From Octopus vulgaris (taxonomy: Eukaryota): a DNA stretch of 64,000 bases. A program made the translations under genes and the position numbers. Shown here in pieces: positions 61,180-64,000 of the stretch. Location: NCBI GenBank assembly GCA_951406725.2, contig OX597837.1, positions 33,790,001 through 33,854,000 on the forward strand, written 5' to 3'. The notes under the pieces were generated by a model. That model was not told the DNA's origin, did no database searches, and saw nothing but the letters and a program-made list of their open reading frames with translations. Every line of letters starts with the position of its first letter. Position 1 is the stretch's first letter.

Positions 61180-62085
61180 CTTCCTTTTTGTCTTATTAAC
61201 ACCATTCTTACATGAAAGAAACTCCTCAGATTAACCATCTTTTGTTTATCGATGACTTAAAACTGTTTGCAAAGTCAGAAGACGAAACCGATGCACTTGT
61301 TAAAATGGCATGTTATAGTTGCTAGGATATTGGAGTGGAGGCGCAATGGCCCAGTGGTTAGGGCAGCGGACTCGCGGTCATAGGATCGCGGTTTCGATTC
61401 CCAGACTGGGCGTTGTGAGTGTTTATTGAGCGAAAACACCTAAAGGTCCACGAGGCTCCGACAGGGGATGGTGGTGATCCCTGCTGTACTCTTTCACCAC
61501 AACTTTCTCTCACTCTTACTACCTGTTTCTGTCGTACCTGTATTTCAAAGGGCCGGCCTTGTCACTCTCTGTGTCACGCTGAATATCCCCGAGAACTACG
61601 TTAAGGGTACACGTGTCTGTGGAGTGCTCAGCCACTTACACGTTAATTTCACGAGCAGGCTGTTCCGTTGATTCGGATCAACCGGAACCCTCGTCGTCGT
61701 AACCGACGGAGTGCTTCCATTCCAGGGTATTGGAAGGGAGTATTTGTCATTGCAAAGTGTGAAGGAGTTAATATGGAAAGGGGTTAAGAAGTAACATGTA
61801 AAGAGATTCAATGTTGGTGATCCCAAAAACAACTGCTGTAAACACTTGGTCTGTGCTCATTGCTACATGTGTCTAACACACGTGGACATGCCTACAAATG
61901 TTACAGAGACATATTTAATGAGGTTGAAAATGTTATTGAAAAGCAAACTACATTCCAGAAAATTAATCACAGCCAGCAACAGCTGGCCTGTGAGATTGAC
62001 ATGCTACATTGCTGCCATCTTTAATTGGGTTAAAGAGGAAATAGGTGGGGGGGAGACCTTGATACTAATACATGGTGGTTTACAA
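61180..62085 (+). mobile_element. Decayed R4/Dong-clade LINE RT fragment interrupted by a SINE C copy
   Basis: INHLLFIDDLKLFAKS...DIG, then ETYLMRLKMLLKSKLHSRKLITASNSWPV...IFNWVKEEI. Confidence 0.7.
61335..61723 (+). mobile_element. SINE family C
   Basis: TSD AGG(A/G)TATTGGA. Confidence 0.88.
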
Positions 62086-62429
62086 TAAAGAACAAAACAT
62101 TGTATTCATGGAGCATTGCTTCCCAACCACATGGTTCTGTGTTCATTGCTACATACATATATTGTTATTGGCTTATAGATGATCAATGGAGGGCAGTGAG
62201 CTGGCAGAATCGTTAGCACGCCGGGCAAAATGCTTAGCGGTATTTCGTCTGCCAGTATATCATTCTGAGTTCAAATTCCACTGAGGTCGACTTTGCCTTT
62301 CATCCTTTCGGGGTCAGTTAATTAAGCACCAGTTACACACTTGAGTCAATGCAATTGACTTGATCCCTTTGTCTGTCCTTGTTTGTCCCCTCTATGTTTA
62401 GCCCCCTGTTGTCAATAAAGAAATAAATA

Positions 62430-63649
62430 CACACACACGACAGAAGTAAATAGACACCCCATAAAACATCATTTTCTGTTTATTCTAACTTGTAAAGATT
62501 TATATTTCTTATTAATTGGCACTTTTATGTCTCTTGCTCTATATGTGACTGTTTAATCATGTCATGTATAAAAGAAGCCTTGGAACTGTCTGAATTTCAA
62601 AGAGTCTGTATTTTGGGTCATTCTGAAGGTGGATATAGTCAGTGTAAAATCGCAGAAAACCTTGGGATCCTGCTTTCTACAGTTAATAGAGTTATTGTGC
62701 AATTCACCAGAGAGGGGAAGGAATCCACATCACCTTGTCCAGATCAATCAGGGGCCCCTAACAGGACCCTTCTCTTTGCAAAGAGAAGTGTGGAGGATAA
62801 TCCTCATTGCAAGACCTCTGACATAGCAGAGCAAGTTGCTGTCAGTCCCAGAACAGCTGCCAGATATCTCCACAAACTTGGCTATTATGGCAGAGCAGCA
62901 AGAAAGAAGCCACTTCTTCAACCAGCCAATATCAAGCGGAGAAAATACTGGACCAGTGAGATGGTGAGGAGGCTACTAACATTTTGGGACAGTCATATTC
63001 TCTTGATGAGTCGAGTTTTGCTGTATTTCCTGACAGTGGTCAAGTGTGGGTCTGGAGACTGTGATCAAGAAACTGATGTCAAAAGGTTGCAGTCAACAAT
63101 GAAACATGGCAGCTATTCTGTGATGGTCTGGGGAACAATTTGGAGCAATGGTCAATCAGAGTTGGTGGAGTGTGAGGGAAAGATAAACTCAGATGAATAC
63201 ATATCCATGTTGCAAAAAGGACTCCTTCCAATCTTCTCCAGTGGTGAAATGATTAAAGAAAACTCTTCATACAGCTAAAAAGACAACATTGGTCGGAAGA
63301 GAATGGCATTAGAAAGCTTCCCTGGCCAAGTCAATCACTAGATATGAACCCTATTGAACACCTCTGGGGCATAATGGACAGGATATTTCATAAAATGAAC
63401 CAGAAAACATCCTCAAATCCAGATCTTTTGAGATTACTGAATGAAACAGGGCATGAGATTTGTTAAGAGAATATTCGTCATCTGATCAGTAGCATGCCTA
63501 ATAGGGTCCTTGCATTGAAAAATGCAAAGGGTATGTCTACTAAATATATGATATTCACATTATGATAATTAACAAATAATTTGAATGTATATTATTTAAA
63601 TAGTTTTTAACAATTATAAGGGTGTCTATTTACTTCTGTCATGTCTGTG
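62430..63649 (+). mobile_element. Full-length but inactivated Tc1 (DD34E-type) transposon
   Basis: TA TSD; TIR CACA(C/G)ACA(C/T)GACAGAAGTAAATAGACACCC; HTH ORF from 62559, ARKKP, frameshifted DES, VMVWG, WPSQSLDMNPIEHLW, ..KGMSTKY. Confidence 0.9.
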
Positions 63650-64000
63650 TATATACATCATCATCATCATTTAACGTCTGCTTTCCATGCTGGCATGGGT
63701 TGGAGGGTGTGACTGGAACTGGTAATAAGGAGAGCTGCACCAGGTTCCAGTCTGATTTTGGCTTGGCTTCTACAGCTACATGCCCTTCCTAACACCAACC
63801 ACTCCAAGAATGTAATGGGTGCTTTTCACGTGCCATTCACATAACACTGGCAACGGCCACGACTACAATTTCACGTGCTATAAAATAATACAACTCACAT
63901 TACACTAGAAACCACAAGCTAAACTACATAGCAAAACGTACAATAACGTACAAACCCCTCCGATCCCCACAAAAACAACATATAATATTTTACACACTTC

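Noticed and set aside
62559-63550. Active or domesticated Tc1 transposase
   Set aside because: It has frameshifts and stops, and the QQDNA segment carrying the second catalytic Asp is deleted.

Overview
AT-rich, repeat-dense, intron-rich eukaryotic DNA. The SINE families, microsatellites and gene structure suggest a coleoid cephalopod, probably Octopus (inference). Two convergent protein-coding genes were reconstructed by hand with GT-AG boundaries and consistent phases. (1) The 3' part of PARP2 on +: 11 exons, 2140-16043, covering the WGR end, helical domain and ART domain. The H-Y-E triad is intact, but the donor loop reads G-D-M instead of G-Y-M. (2) TBC1D30, a Rab-GAP, on -: 10 exons, 57453-31954, about 1027 aa if the proposed first exon is right. 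The rest is mobile or repetitive DNA: four or more SINE families, CR1, RTE and R4/Dong LINE remnants, piggyBac-, mariner- and Merlin-type MITEs, non-autonomous Helitrons, a decayed Tc1, minisatellites and a truncated U6 retrocopy. The most notable unannotated signal is about ten minimal type-I hammerhead ribozyme motifs (CUGANGA-stem II-GAAA-short stem III-UH) from about six unrelated repeat families. One family places the ribozyme downstream of tRNA B-box-like motifs and occurs as a TSD-flanked inverted pair in TBC1D30 intron 1. No search or folding program was run; family names are by recognition.
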